From IMG/VR virus record IMGVR_UViG_3300004481_000138: a stretch of DNA of 20,000 bases; one strand, given 5' to 3'. Source of the stretch: an uncultured virus (IMG/VR IMGVR_UViG_3300004481_000138). Lineage: Duplodnaviria > Heunggongvirae > Uroviricota > Caudoviricetes. Positions 5,072 through 14,408 of this stretch are shown here, in pieces. Below the pieces are notes generated by a model, which was not told the origin of the DNA, made no database searches, and worked only from the letters and a program-made list of their open reading frames with translations. The position numbers and the translations under genes were made by a program. Numbering within the stretch: position 1 is the first letter of the stretch; each line of letters begins with the position of its first letter.

Positions 5072-5267
5072 CTTTTATATTATTATCCTGTTCGGACTTA
5101 TTCGTTATTCTCGGGGTTGTTACCCCATTATCCGAACAGGATTGTTTATTTAATGGACAGTATATATTAAGACATTCTATATTATCACATTCAAACCCTT
5201 TAAAATTCAGGCATTGCCTGGCTATCTTAATAAGGTTGGGTCTATCTTCATCTATTGTTTTAGACAT
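5055..5267 (-). CDS. Small Cys-rich hypothetical protein (start MSKTIDEDR)
   Basis: C...CDNIECLNIYCP; start chosen to avoid overlap with the upstream gene. Confidence 0.6.
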   Translation of the reverse strand: MSKTIDEDRPNLIKIARQCLNFKGFECDNIECLNIYCPLNKQSCSDNGVTTPRITNKSEQDNNIKGDVYG

Positions 5268-5274
5268 TTTTTCA

Positions 5275-6378
5275 TCAGCTCTCACACAATAATTGGTATT
5301 CTCCTGGTTCAAAACCAAAAGTCCATCCGATAGCATCGAGACAGTTCCCCGTCTCTCTAATACGTGGAACTCCAATAAATGTTTTATGATGTGTAGAATG
5401 GCATTCTACTTGTATGACACGTAGACGGATATTTGGTGCAAAATCATATTCAAATAATTCATAATTTACTGTTCTTCCAGTAATCTTGCTCGTAGTGGTA
5501 TGTCTGTCAATAAGTTTAAAATGAGACAAGGCAGACTTGATATACTCGTACCCATACTCCTCAATCAGTACCGCCTTCTGTTCTGTATTTGGCACTTGTA
5601 AAATTTCTTCTCGAAGAAGTGTCTTTGTTTTAAATGCCTTAACAAACAAGTCTTCCTCAAATCTTACTCCTCTAACATAATACTTTCCAATACCACCATC
5701 CCAATATAATGCATAATCGTTCTTGCAGTCCAACTGTTTTGCCTCGTTTACACGGACGAATGTTGGAGGCTTGCTTATAAAACATATATTTTCAAGGCAT
5801 GATATACTGTTAATACCGGCCTCTCTCAGTTCAGGAAAATAAAAAACGTTAATATAATGATTAGCAAATACTCTTGTTGTATGTAATAGTGTATCAGTTA
5901 TCTCTTCTTTAATCACATTTAAATATTCAGGAAGTGTATCATATACATATACAACTGCTTCTTTGCTGTCTCTGTAGACTGCTCCGTTTATGTCCTCACC
6001 AAACTCTAATGGTATAATATTTAAATTCATTATTTGTTGTTTGACTTGTGAGTATACCATATCACAAGTATTATTCCATATCTCATTATTTGTTACTCTA
6101 AATCCTGGAAACTTTTTTATCTTCTCCTTTAAATGCACCCAGTTTTCATCCTTAAACTTCTTCCAACATACTTGTCCGTCAATCTGCCTCAACATTTCCT
6201 TCACAAACTTAAAAGCATAATCAAGATAGTATGGCGAATTTAGTATGATGACGAATGCTGGCGGTTTAAACTTTGACTGGCCATACATTTTATTTATGGA
6301 CTGTATTGCTTTAGTATCATTAAAGTCACTATGTAGATAAAAGTTTTCAAGGCTTTGAATATACTCTTCTTTTGACAT
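5275..6378 (-). CDS. DUF6745-domain protein
   Basis: CFISKPP...QLDC...ALYWDG...YYVRGV, NTEQK, VECHST, AIGWTFG...EY pattern recognised from this family. Confidence 0.72.
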   Translation of the reverse strand: MSKEEYIQSLENFYLHSDFNDTKAIQSINKMYGQSKFKPPAFVIILNSPYYLDYAFKFVKEMLRQIDGQVCWKKFKDENWVHLKEKIKKFPGFRVTNNEIWNNTCDMVYSQVKQQIMNLNIIPLEFGEDINGAVYRDSKEAVVYVYDTLPEYLNVIKEEITDTLLHTTRVFANHYINVFYFPELREAGINSISCLENICFISKPPTFVRVNEAKQLDCKNDYALYWDGGIGKYYVRGVRFEEDLFVKAFKTKTLLREEILQVPNTEQKAVLIEEYGYEYIKSALSHFKLIDRHTTTSKITGRTVNYELFEYDFAPNIRLRVIQVECHSTHHKTFIGVPRIRETGNCLDAIGWTFGFEPGEYQLLCES

Positions 6379-6380
6379 TC

Positions 6381-6689
6381 TTAGTCTCTAACTTGTTCAA
6401 TACCTTGCTGTATAGTATACTGCCTTTGTAAAACTACTTGATAGATACCTTGTGGAACTGATAACTGTCCGTGCTCGTCATGTATTAGTTGTGCTTGTCC
6501 TTCTCCAACTTCAACTAAAACTTGTTTATTATGATTAAAGAATTTTGTATCACCCTTCAGTATATGCTTATGTCCTGTTACCTCACCATATGCTAATATT
6601 TTTTCTCCCTCGCATTCTATCACTCCACTTATTTTACTGATAGGTTTCAACAATACGTCTCCCTGTCTTATGCTCCTCATGTATACCAC
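6381..6689 (-). CDS. Conserved His-rich partner of DUF6745 proteins
   Basis: RQGDV...LAYGEVTGHKH...HDEH...GIYQV..QRQY; GAGGTG SD. Confidence 0.8.
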   Translation of the reverse strand: MVYMRSIRQGDVLLKPISKISGVIECEGEKILAYGEVTGHKHILKGDTKFFNHNKQVLVEVGEGQAQLIHDEHGQLSVPQGIYQVVLQRQYTIQQGIEQVRD

Positions 6690-6722
6690 CTCATATTGTT
6701 CATATTATTTAATTAATACTAC

Positions 6723-6742
6723 TATATAAACGTATTGATTTT
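6723..6742 (-). promoter_or_regulatory. BRE+TATA promoter
   Basis: AAAATCAATACG-TTTATATA in an intergenic gap. Confidence 0.65.
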
Positions 6743-7067
6743 ATTTTAGTAATCCTATCTTCTTCATCTTTCCAATTCTTGAGCTTATTGCCTTTCTGTT
6801 ATGTCCAGGAATTTCCTTTTCTAATAATTTATATTCTCTCTTGGTCAGCCTTATCATGTTCTTTCTATGCTCCCAGACATCTTTTATAATGCCATTTTCT
6901 CTTTTAGTGAAACGTTTGTAAAATGCTTGTTTCTTATGTTTCACTGTTTTTGGTTCTGTTAAAAGATTTGGTGTTTCTTTCCTTCCTAGGAATCCTTTCT
7001 CTTTCAGTTCCATTAACTCTTCTGTTGTGCATTCAACAACAATTCCGTCATTTAATTCTACTTTCAT
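6741..7067 (-). CDS. Basic protein with possible Myb/HTH-like C-terminus
   Basis: FTKRENGII...IPGHNRKAISSRIGKMKKIG. Confidence 0.6.
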   Translation of the reverse strand: MKVELNDGIVVECTTEELMELKEKGFLGRKETPNLLTEPKTVKHKKQAFYKRFTKRENGIIKDVWEHRKNMIRLTKREYKLLEKEIPGHNRKAISSRIGKMKKIGLLK

Positions 7068-7281
7068 TGTTTACCACCCGTTCATGTTTTTTTATATTAG
7101 TTTGAATTTCAAAGATTTCTTCGAGGTACCAGTCTTCGTGGCACTCAACTATATCAGCCATCAATGTTTGCGCTGATGCATGTTTTATTTCATCGTTCTC
7201 GCCCTGCACTGGCGGGCTTTCTATAATTAGAGTAATTCCTTCCTGCTCGTGCATACGAAAAACATATTCTTCGTTATTCAT
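7048..7281 (-). CDS. Acidic hypothetical protein
   Basis: Overlap-coupled ORF. Confidence 0.65.
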   Translation of the reverse strand: MNNEEYVFRMHEQEGITLIIESPPVQGENDEIKHASAQTLMADIVECHEDWYLEEIFEIQTNIKKHERVVNNESRIK

Positions 7282-7687
7282 TATTCCATCCTTCTAACTG
7301 TTTTGTCAAAACCTCTATCAAATAGTTTGTGTAACTCTTATGTTGTGTATCATGATTCCAAAACTTTAAGTGTGCTATTTCGTGTGCTGCTATCTCTATA
7401 GCACGTTCTTTGTTTACGTCATGCCATCCTAAGCACTTATATTTGTTGCCATTCTTATCCCTAAATCTTCCGTTTGTATGTAAAACAAACACTGGCTTTC
7501 TGACTGTTATTATAAGCTTGAATTTGTCATGCAGGCTGATACATTTACCGCCTGAACGATGCCCACCGCGTGTTGGCTGTCTTATCAGTATACGCAAAGG
7601 CATTGGCAAACTCTCATCTTTTATAACCTTATACATAATGTTTATGAGTGTTTGGCGTGTTTCTAAATCCATTCTTTTTTTCACCAT
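7274..7687 (-). CDS. HExxH zinc metalloprotease-like protein (WLM/YgjP-like)
   Basis: AAHEIAHLKFWNHD motif. Confidence 0.72.
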   Translation of the reverse strand: MVKKRMDLETRQTLINIMYKVIKDESLPMPLRILIRQPTRGGHRSGGKCISLHDKFKLIITVRKPVFVLHTNGRFRDKNGNKYKCLGWHDVNKERAIEIAAHEIAHLKFWNHDTQHKSYTNYLIEVLTKQLEGWNNE

Positions 7688-7741
7688 ATGGTTTATAATG
7701 TTTATCGTCTTTATTATAGTAATTTTTACTACTTTAAAAAG

Positions 7742-8401
7742 TTACTGTTTTACACTTTCAGTATATGGAACACTATCCTCAACCCATTCATATCTTGTCT
7801 TATGTTGTTTGATATTAGGTATGGCCTGTAATATCTTACGTTTGTAGTTTCTCAAGCTAACACTGGTGATTCCAATAATTCTACAATATTCTTCCTCGGT
7901 CACCCTATAATCCTCAATCCTGTCAGCAAGATATGATATAGCTGCGGCAAGTGATGGTGAATTATCACCAACAACAACATCATGTTTCTTCAAATAATCC
8001 AATAAAAAATATGCTCTTGCATAGGATTCTGGCGGCGAATGAACCACAGCTTGCACCATATCTATATATTTATCAACAGTTGTTGGCTGGAAATACCTGC
8101 CTATAACTTGTGAGATATGTCTTGATGTATTATAGATTATTGAACTGCCCTTGGCACCTTTTGTATCTAAATCAAGTATATCGTTCATTCTTGTTGGTGT
8201 CATAGGTTGATTCCATCTCCTGCATGCCAAATATATTATTGCAGATGCATACCGTTCAATGGTTCTGCCACGCAGTTTCTCTTTAGATATATATCTATCA
8301 AGTATTTGTATTGCTTCATTCTCTATCTTTCTATCAAGTTTTAATGCTGAGCAATCTATACCTATCTCTCTCACTATATTATCATAGCTGTTAGTCCTCA
8401 T
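7742..8401 (-). CDS. tfb: Transcription factor B (TFB/TFIIB) cyclin-fold core, no Zn ribbon
   Basis: Two cyclin repeats: RGRTIERYASAIIYLACR..QPMT and GDNSPSLAAAISYLA...VTEEEYCRIIGITSVSLRNYKR. Confidence 0.85.
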   Translation of the reverse strand: MRTNSYDNIVREIGIDCSALKLDRKIENEAIQILDRYISKEKLRGRTIERYASAIIYLACRRWNQPMTPTRMNDILDLDTKGAKGSSIIYNTSRHISQVIGRYFQPTTVDKYIDMVQAVVHSPPESYARAYFLLDYLKKHDVVVGDNSPSLAAAISYLADRIEDYRVTEEEYCRIIGITSVSLRNYKRKILQAIPNIKQHKTRYEWVEDSVPYTESVKQ

Positions 8402-8556
8402 TTCCTTATCCTCTTCAAAAAACAGTCAAAACATTCTTTCTCTGTTGTTAAATTATCCTCATCTTCAGCCCATTGAAGATATGTAGCCATACTTAGAACA
8501 TCTGAATTCATGAGTATGATACCTTTGGACGTATGTCCACACTTATACTTAATCAT
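8398..8556 (-). CDS. 52-aa Zn-binding microprotein
   Basis: YKCGH...ECFDC; ATGA-coupled to tfb; AGGTGA SD. Confidence 0.65.
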   Translation of the reverse strand: MIKYKCGHTSKGIILMNSDVLSMATYLQWAEDEDNLTTEKECFDCFLKRIRK

Positions 8557-8878
8557 TCTTCACCTTCTGCTTGTGTATTACCATATGTTTACTGGTATAA
8601 ATCCTTATGGTATAATATGTTTCCAACCAATTATATAGGTTGAACAAGAATATTATTATGGAAAATATTATGTTAAAATAATCTTTTTGTATGAACGTAA
8701 CATAGATGTTGATGAACATACCAAATGTTAAAATCATGAACACGTTTGACATGATTTTCATGCGTTTAACCAGCACTTTTATTTTAACCTTTAAATCTGC
8801 CACATCATTCAATGAAGTTTTTTCAACCTCTTCCAATATACGTTCTATCCTTTCACTACTTTTCTGCATGCCCTTCAT
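8549..8878 (-). CDS. Membrane protein (coiled coil + 2 TM)
   Basis: Two hydrophobic segments in the central part of the protein. Confidence 0.7.
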   Translation of the reverse strand: MKGMQKSSERIERILEEVEKTSLNDVADLKVKIKVLVKRMKIMSNVFMILTFGMFINIYVTFIQKDYFNIIFSIIIFLFNLYNWLETYYTIRIYTSKHMVIHKQKVKND

Positions 8879-8982
8879 CCTCCAAATAACTTAACAACAA
8901 TCATAATTATTAATGCTATGAAAAGTATACGCATTCCATAAAATGTGATTACATCAGCCCAATACCACCATTTGTTTGTCAT
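8875..8982 (-). CDS. 35-aa single-TM microprotein
   Basis: MTNKWWYW...ILFIALIIMIVVKLFGG; ATGA overlaps at both ends. Confidence 0.6.
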   Translation of the reverse strand: MTNKWWYWADVITFYGMRILFIALIIMIVVKLFGG

Positions 8983-9485
8983 TTCTTCAACCATTTAGCA
9001 AGATATGACATCTTATACCCGTCAAGCCATGTATAGCAAACAATCCTAAAACCATACCTGTATGTCAGCCTTCTTAGATTCTTGTTCTTAGTATGCAGTG
9101 TTAAACGTTCAAATTTTTTGCTTGCGACCTTTATAAGATGTGATAGCATTTGCTTTCCAACACCAATTTTTTGCCAATCTTTCTTCACACCAATACTGAA
9201 TAAGTATAAGGTATTATGCTTATTATAATATTTGTCAACCCTTCTTATTTCGTTCTTCTCACTACTATTCTCCAACGTTGCAGCCATATAATATCCAACT
9301 GGTATACGGCCATAATAAAATATTGTTGTATAAGGAGTATACTTATTTATGAGCTCCCTGAACACCCATTTATTAGTCCTTTCCTTATAGCTGAAAGCAT
9401 TGTTTTCAATTTTTGTAATAATATTTTTATACCTATCCCATTCACCCTTCCTCAATCTTTTAATTATTAATTTCATTCTTAACAT
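8979..9485 (-). CDS. GNAT (RimI-like) acetyltransferase
   Basis: LYLFSIGVKKDWQKIGVGKQML motif A; LTLHT; YGF. Confidence 0.85.
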   Translation of the reverse strand: MLRMKLIIKRLRKGEWDRYKNIITKIENNAFSYKERTNKWVFRELINKYTPYTTIFYYGRIPVGYYMAATLENSSEKNEIRRVDKYYNKHNTLYLFSIGVKKDWQKIGVGKQMLSHLIKVASKKFERLTLHTKNKNLRRLTYRYGFRIVCYTWLDGYKMSYLAKWLKK

Positions 9486-9660
9486 CTTCCTTTGGAATCA
9501 ATTCCTCTGTTTTTAATGGAAGAACTTCATCCTCGTGCTCTGCACTAATAAAAACCTTCAAAGTCCTTCCATTATCCTGTATATCATAAGACATATCACT
9601 ATAATGTATGACTTCTCTACCTTTCGTTCCAATGATTTCTAATCTTGATATCTTCTCCAT
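9460..9660 (-). CDS. Virus-type hypothetical protein (start MEKISRLE)
   Basis: RLEII...GRE...IQDNGRTLKVFI motif. Confidence 0.7.
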   Translation of the reverse strand: MEKISRLEIIGTKGREVIHYSDMSYDIQDNGRTLKVFISAEHEDEVLPLKTEELIPKEDVKNEINN

Positions 9661-9661
9661 T

Positions 9662-9787
9662 TTATTTTTTACTCCACCTGTTACGCCACATCGCCACCCT
9701 GTTCTTGTTACTACTATGGCAGGTATGGCACAGCCTACCCCAACATAAAACATGACATTTTCTACATCGCCTGTTAGGCATCCTCAT
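9662..9787 (-). CDS. 41-aa basic Zn-finger microprotein
   Basis: CRKC...LCHTC. Confidence 0.6.
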   Translation of the reverse strand: MRMPNRRCRKCHVLCWGRLCHTCHSSNKNRVAMWRNRWSKK

Positions 9788-9931
9788 TTTATATCATAAC
9801 TCCAATTTATTGAAATATTCTAAAGCCTCATCAACATCTTTATATTCTTCAGACTGCATATCATTAACATATTCTTTTCTGCCTTCCAATGCCTTTATTA
9901 TACTATAAACCCATCTTGCTTTAATCATTTG

Positions 9932-10306
9932 CTACCACCTTGGCTTATATTTATCTTTAAACTTTTTAGGATAAATATCTTCCTCATGATTATAGTATAT
10001 ATCCTCATACCATCGAAAATTGTAATTAAATCTCCATATACTAAATTTTTCAATATCTTTATTATTTATATAGAAGAAGAAGTCCTTCCTACCACCCGTT
10101 CCAGCAATTATCTTACCATTACTATCTTTACTTGGAAGCGTGATAATTACTCCGACAATTTTTGGACGATGAAAATGATGTTTTTTGAATATTTCTAAGA
10201 ATTGTTTCCTATCACTCTCTTTATAGTCAAACCCTTGCGCTACCACAAGTTGTTCATACCTCACTTTTTTCAACCCCACCCGTAAAACAATATCATCACC
10301 AACCAC
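9932..10306 (-). CDS. Hypothetical protein
   Basis: 124-aa ORF downstream of a promoter-like gap. Confidence 0.75.
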   Translation of the reverse strand: MVGDDIVLRVGLKKVRYEQLVVAQGFDYKESDRKQFLEIFKKHHFHRPKIVGVIITLPSKDSNGKIIAGTGGRKDFFFYINNKDIEKFSIWRFNYNFRWYEDIYYNHEEDIYPKKFKDKYKPRW

Positions 10307-10309
10307 TAT

Positions 10310-10360
10310 ATTTAAATAGTTTAATGATTAAAAGTTAAACATATTTATATACTTATTGAA
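10310..10360 (-). promoter_or_regulatory. Promoter region with two TATA-like boxes
   Basis: TCAATAAG-TATATAAATA and ATCATTAAACTA-TTTAAATA. Confidence 0.55.
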
Positions 10361-10366
10361 CCGTTC

Positions 10367-10597
10367 TTATCCTTTCCAAATATTTCTCATTACAATCTGA
10401 TTGTGAAAGTTTGTAAACAATTCTTCTCTCTCCTTACTGTCAGATAGAAATGGCATGAATATTTTTATGCTAACATCATCCAACATTTTATTTAATGCTT
10501 CATCAGTCTCACCGTGTAACCTCATATAATTCACATTTAACTTTTTAGCACGTGCTTCCTCCTCATCAGTAAACACAAATACAACCGCCATTTTCAA
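10367..10597 (-). CDS. Hypothetical protein
   Basis: Co-oriented ORF. Confidence 0.65.
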   Translation of the reverse strand: MKMAVVFVFTDEEEARAKKLNVNYMRLHGETDEALNKMLDDVSIKIFMPFLSDSKEREELFTNFHNQIVMRNIWKG

Positions 10598-10779
10598 CCC
10601 CCAAACGTCTCTTTAAACAATTTCCAGTATTCCTCTTCTTCGTCCTTGTCCAGACAATTAATTACTCCGCCCCAATCACTATTTTGTATAAATATGTCTT
10701 TGGCCTTCTCTTCCAGCTCCATCAGCCTTGTTGGTATTTCTTTAGACATTCTAATCAGTCCTGTTTGACATTCTTCCAT
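10594..10779 (-). CDS. Hypothetical protein
   Basis: Co-oriented ORF; real start may be MSKEIP. Confidence 0.55.
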   Translation of the reverse strand: MEECQTGLIRMSKEIPTRLMELEEKAKDIFIQNSDWGGVINCLDKDEEEEYWKLFKETFGG

Positions 10780-10911
10780 TCACTAAACATTTCACTCATC
10801 CGTTGTATCTCCTCAATAGGTGTTTCCTTTAGATATACAGGCCTCCAAATCTTACGGCCTTTATCATCATACTTTTCATCATATTTTATAACTGCCTTAT
10901 TGTCTGGATTA

Positions 10912-11154
10912 TCATCTCTTGTTGTCATTTTTTCCTCCCTTATCCAAGTCTATCTCTCTTCCTAAGTTATAAATCTGGTGCTGTAAAGCATCATTAATCA
11001 TGGTTTGGCACCTATGTTCCAGAACAAACTGTTCAAATATCCTTAATAAAAGTTTGTCATGACAATCACTGCATAAGCGTATGGTCAATTTTTTATCTAT
11101 CACAAAATAGTATACCTTACCATCTTCAAGCTTGTGTTTACATCCTGTAATCAT
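10912..11154 (-). CDS. Small Zn-binding protein
   Basis: GCKH...LCSDC; GGGTGA SD. Confidence 0.65.
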   Translation of the reverse strand: MITGCKHKLEDGKVYYFVIDKKLTIRLCSDCHDKLLLRIFEQFVLEHRCQTMINDALQHQIYNLGREIDLDKGGKNDNKR

Positions 11155-11373
11155 TCTACATCACCCTGTCCGTTTTTAATCATACCTAATTTATCATCCA
11201 TATAAGCATTCATAAGTATCAATTCTCTATCAAATATATTCAAATTTAAAAACCAGTCCGCTAATTCAGGCGAGACAATCTCACAAATCATTATAGTATT
11301 ATTCTTTACCATTTTCCTCACCTTCCAAACGCCAATATTCTTCTACATCATCTGGCTTTGAACACATCTTACA

Positions 11374-11496
11374 TCAACTCTTTCTCATTTTTTTACATTC
11401 ATGATAATACATATCATAAAAACTTCTTCTTGAATCCACAACAAACTCTTTCTTACATTTAATACAACGATATTTACTCAAAACATATTCTGACAT
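11374..11496 (-). CDS. 40-aa Zn-binding microprotein
   Basis: YRCIKCKKEF...HEC. Confidence 0.55.
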   Translation of the reverse strand: MSEYVLSKYRCIKCKKEFVVDSRRSFYDMYYHECKKMRKS

Positions 11497-11510
11497 TCCT
11501 TATCAACTCC

Positions 11511-11846
11511 TTATTCCAAAATATTATATACATCCTTCCTTCTATTATAAATAATTTCTCCCTTCCTTTCTAAAGCCTGTAACTTAATAATAACATCACT
11601 ACCAAATTCTCTCTCTAAAATTTCAAAACTTGCACCGCCCTCTTTCTTAATAAAACTGATTATTTCATCATAATTGTTACCCTTACCTTCCAGCCTAATT
11701 ATGAAATCCATATGCTTACAACGACCACCACTCTTTTTTATACGAAATAAGAATTGAGGACAATTACAACTCGTATTCGTCACTCTATAAGTATGTCCAG
11801 AATCTGATTTCACAATCCAAACACCATCCTCACACTTAGCTTCCAT
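11511..11846 (-). CDS. SWIM zinc-finger protein with wHTH-like C-terminus
   Basis: YRV...SCNCPQF...CKH. Confidence 0.8.
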   Translation of the reverse strand: MEAKCEDGVWIVKSDSGHTYRVTNTSCNCPQFLFRIKKSGGRCKHMDFIIRLEGKGNNYDEIISFIKKEGGASFEILEREFGSDVIIKLQALERKGEIIYNRRKDVYNILE

Positions 11847-12045
11847 TCTTTACCTTATACCACACATCGTTTCCATATTTGTCTTTCATAATATAATATC
11901 GAACACCTTTTATTATTACAAACATCTTCTTCCTGCCATCTTTATATGATTTTATAACTATTGCAGGAGATTCAATATTCCAGAATGGACTGTCCCGTAT
12001 TATTTCAGATACTTCTTTGGAGGTTAATATCTTTCCGGTATTCAT
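11836..12045 (-). CDS. Hypothetical protein (start MNTGK)
   Basis: GAGG SD, overlap coupling. Confidence 0.6.
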   Translation of the reverse strand: MNTGKILTSKEVSEIIRDSPFWNIESPAIVIKSYKDGRKKMFVIIKGVRYYIMKDKYGNDVWYKVKNGS

Positions 12046-12184
12046 ACAACATCCTCTTTCCTTCGTCACTATTAAAGTCAATAAATGTAATTTTTGGCTG
12101 CCCGTCAATAAATTCTGCCTTACGAAACTCTTGTAAGTGCTCATCAACAGTCCATTCATTCCATACAGGTAGTTTAATCACCAT
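12005..12184 (-). CDS. 59-aa virus-type hypothetical protein
   Basis: LPVW..WTVD..LQEFR...FIDFNSDEG; not in the ORF track. Confidence 0.6.
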   Translation of the reverse strand: MVIKLPVWNEWTVDEHLQEFRKAEFIDGQPKITFIDFNSDEGKRMLYEYRKDINLQRSI

Positions 12185-12338
12185 TTTTTCTCTCCATCAT
12201 CAACTTTATTCTTGCTGGAATAACAACCGTCATATCACAATTATCACAGCATCTGCCATCCTTTACAGGATTAGCATTATTGCCTTTAGACCAGCTACCT
12301 TTCTTCTCAATTTCCTTCTTACATATACAACATTTCAT
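12174..12338 (-). CDS. 54-aa Zn-binding microprotein
   Basis: CCIC...GNNANPV..GRCCDNC; GAGGTG SD. Confidence 0.7.
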   Translation of the reverse strand: MKCCICKKEIEKKGSWSKGNNANPVKDGRCCDNCDMTVVIPARIKLMMERKNGD

Positions 12339-12341
12339 TCT

Positions 12342-12626
12342 TTATTCCACCTCAAAATATTCCATCGTGATTCCTAATAAGTGATTATAATCACCACTCA
12401 TTGCTTTCTCACTATATTCCGCAACTTTCTCTGCTGGCCACCCTGCCTTACGCGCAGCACGTCTCGCAAATCCAAGAATACTAAAAGCATTACCGTCTCT
12501 TCCAACTAATTTAAGATACGGCTTACCACTCTCTGTAATATCACCATCCTCATACTTACTGTCTTCCCCATCTTCATCATCTTCATTATCTTCTTCATAT
12601 TCTTCATCTACCATGTTTTTCACCAC
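12342..12626 (-). CDS. Phage-type conserved protein with acidic N-terminus
   Basis: LVGRDGNAFSILG...MSGDYNHLL. Confidence 0.75.
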   Translation of the reverse strand: MVKNMVDEEYEEDNEDDEDGEDSKYEDGDITESGKPYLKLVGRDGNAFSILGFARRAARKAGWPAEKVAEYSEKAMSGDYNHLLGITMEYFEVE

Positions 12627-12631
12627 CCTTG

Positions 12632-12808
12632 TTACAATTTAGTCAAGTTTGCACCACAATCAGCACAAACATATTGACTGTTATCGTCTGTTTTTTCAAA
12701 TATAGTTGTTTCTTTTACTATAAAATCATCGTCCCAAACTACCTCTTGCCTAATACCTTTGGTTATTATTTCAATATGTTTTTTTGAACTACAATTTGGA
12801 CATTTCAT
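12632..12808 (-). CDS. 58-aa Zn-ribbon microprotein
   Basis: MKCPNCSS...YVCADCG; ATGA overlap. Confidence 0.7.
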   Translation of the reverse strand: MKCPNCSSKKHIEIITKGIRQEVVWDDDFIVKETTIFEKTDDNSQYVCADCGANLTKL

Positions 12809-13002
12809 TTTCTTTCCTCTTTGATTAATTTAACTATATCTTCATCAGTTAATTCCTCTTCATCTATCTTCACAGCGTTTGATAAAACTGCTCTATAATA
12901 ATCAGTTGGTAATATATTAGTGATTATGGTCCTATGTATCAAATATCTACCTTCCTTACTAATTGTTATCCTATCTTCAATTATTGGTTTCATTTTTTTC
13001 AT
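12805..13002 (-). CDS. Hypothetical protein
   Basis: AGGTGA SD. Confidence 0.7.
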   Translation of the reverse strand: MKKMKPIIEDRITISKEGRYLIHRTIITNILPTDYYRAVLSNAVKIDEEELTDEDIVKLIKEERK

Positions 13003-13020
13003 TTATATCACCTTACGCCC

Positions 13021-13281
13021 TCATTCCATTATTTGTTCATATAATTTATCCTTCTTATAATCTTCCACATTCGTATAAGTATTGACTATAATAAAATCAA
13101 TTACAAAATCAGGATTACATTCATGATAAAATTTATCTCTTATCTCTTCAATTGTTTCACAATCATCAAAATGTTCTCCCTTAAACAAGAATGAACGTTC
13201 CACCTCTATTAAATACTCTTCAGCTGGATTATTTGTAGTTATAATCACTTTAACTATTTCAACATTTTTCATCTGTATCAC
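13021..13281 (-). CDS. Hypothetical protein
   Basis: AGGTGA SD, downstream of a promoter. Confidence 0.7.
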   Translation of the reverse strand: MIQMKNVEIVKVIITTNNPAEEYLIEVERSFLFKGEHFDDCETIEEIRDKFYHECNPDFVIDFIIVNTYTNVEDYKKDKLYEQIME

Positions 13282-13312
13282 CTGTATTTCGTCAATATTA
13301 AAAAGTTTAATG

Positions 13313-13332
13313 TATTTATAAATTTTACGGAT
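13313..13332 (-). promoter_or_regulatory. BRE+TATA promoter
   Basis: ATCCGTAAAA-TTTATAAATA followed by TTAAACTTT. Confidence 0.65.
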
Positions 13333-13350
13333 ATCACTACCATCAAGTGA

Positions 13351-13563
13351 CTAAACAAATTTATCTGCTGGATAATCCATATCATTATATCTTTCCATCC
13401 AATTATCCTCACCGTGGTATACTAAAACATCACATTTAATCATTTTCTTATTTATACGCAGATTTCTAACAATAATAAAAACACCACTTTGATGGCTTAA
13501 TCCCATATGATTTAACTCATACATTTCAATTTTATCTTTTAACTTTTTTTTGTCCACTTTCAT
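13351..13563 (-). CDS. Hypothetical protein (start MKVDK)
   Basis: GGAGTG SD. Confidence 0.6.
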   Translation of the reverse strand: MKVDKKKLKDKIEMYELNHMGLSHQSGVFIIVRNLRINKKMIKCDVLVYHGEDNWMERYNDMDYPADKFV

Positions 13564-13867
13564 TTTTGTCCACTCCCTTCCATATACTTTTAATTTTATA
13601 AGGATATGGCTGTAAATACATGCAATCCTGCATTCCATCATACTCTTTCTCATACTTGTTTTCAATAATAATATGCCCAATAACCTTATCAGTTTCGTCA
13701 TCAAGAACATCAACAGCTAATTCGGGTGGCATCTGTGCAGTATTCCAAATATAACCATAAGGACTGCCATCAAGCTTCCATTTATCCTTACCAAATTCCT
13801 TATCCAACTGTTTTTTAAACTTATCACGACAGGTTTCATCAACATATAATATTCCTTCAGCTGTCAT
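13532..13867 (-). CDS. Hypothetical protein
   Basis: 111-aa co-oriented ORF. Confidence 0.7.
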   Translation of the reverse strand: MTAEGILYVDETCRDKFKKQLDKEFGKDKWKLDGSPYGYIWNTAQMPPELAVDVLDDETDKVIGHIIIENKYEKEYDGMQDCMYLQPYPYKIKSIWKGVDKNESGQKKVKR

Positions 13868-13996
13868 TTTATATCATCTCGATAATCCAATGTTTACCAT
13901 TAAATTGTCCTATACCGCTTTCTTGAATGTCCTTCGCAGGCAAATAATATCGTCCATCATTCAACATTACTAAATCGAAAGAACATTTCATTTTAA

Positions 13997-14194
13997 TCAT
14001 TCCTCTACAAATTCAACTTTAATCCTAACCCTTTTTCCAATACATTCGGGCGGAAAATGAATATATCCAACATTAATATATCCCTTCTTTTTATTTATAT
14101 TATAAGGATATTTAATCAAAAAAACTTTTGATTTTGCATGCTTGCCACGATAACAGTATCCATTATAACCTACCAGCATTTGAATCACCACCAA
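13997..14194 (-). CDS. Small protein resembling DUF2080/AbrB-like DNA-binding proteins
   Basis: GYIHFPPECIGKRVRIKV. Confidence 0.5.
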   Translation of the reverse strand: MVVIQMLVGYNGYCYRGKHAKSKVFLIKYPYNINKKKGYINVGYIHFPPECIGKRVRIKVEFVEE

Positions 14195-14405
14195 ATGAAT
14201 TTAAATTTGTGTTTCCGTTCCTTGTATCATGTTTACCCTCATCTTCTTTTAAATCCTCATTATTATCATCAAACGGTATAAATGGCTTACCAGTAATTTT
14301 TTCAATAGTGCATATACCACATTCATTAGTATATTTTTCCATTTCTGTAACCAACACCCTCTTACATAATGGGCATACAGTATTCGTCCTCCATTCGTCA
14401 GACAT
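14163..14405 (-). CDS. Zn-ribbon protein
   Basis: CPLC...CGIC; GAGGT SD. Confidence 0.7.
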   Translation of the reverse strand: MSDEWRTNTVCPLCKRVLVTEMEKYTNECGICTIEKITGKPFIPFDDNNEDLKEDEGKHDTRNGNTNLNSFGGDSNAGRL

Positions 14406-14408
14406 TTT

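Noticed and set aside
8398..8556. Frameshifted N-terminal Zn ribbon of TFB
   Set aside because: The Cys spacing (CGH...~33 aa...CxxC) is unlike the TFB ribbon and there is no B-reader motif; kept as a separate gene.
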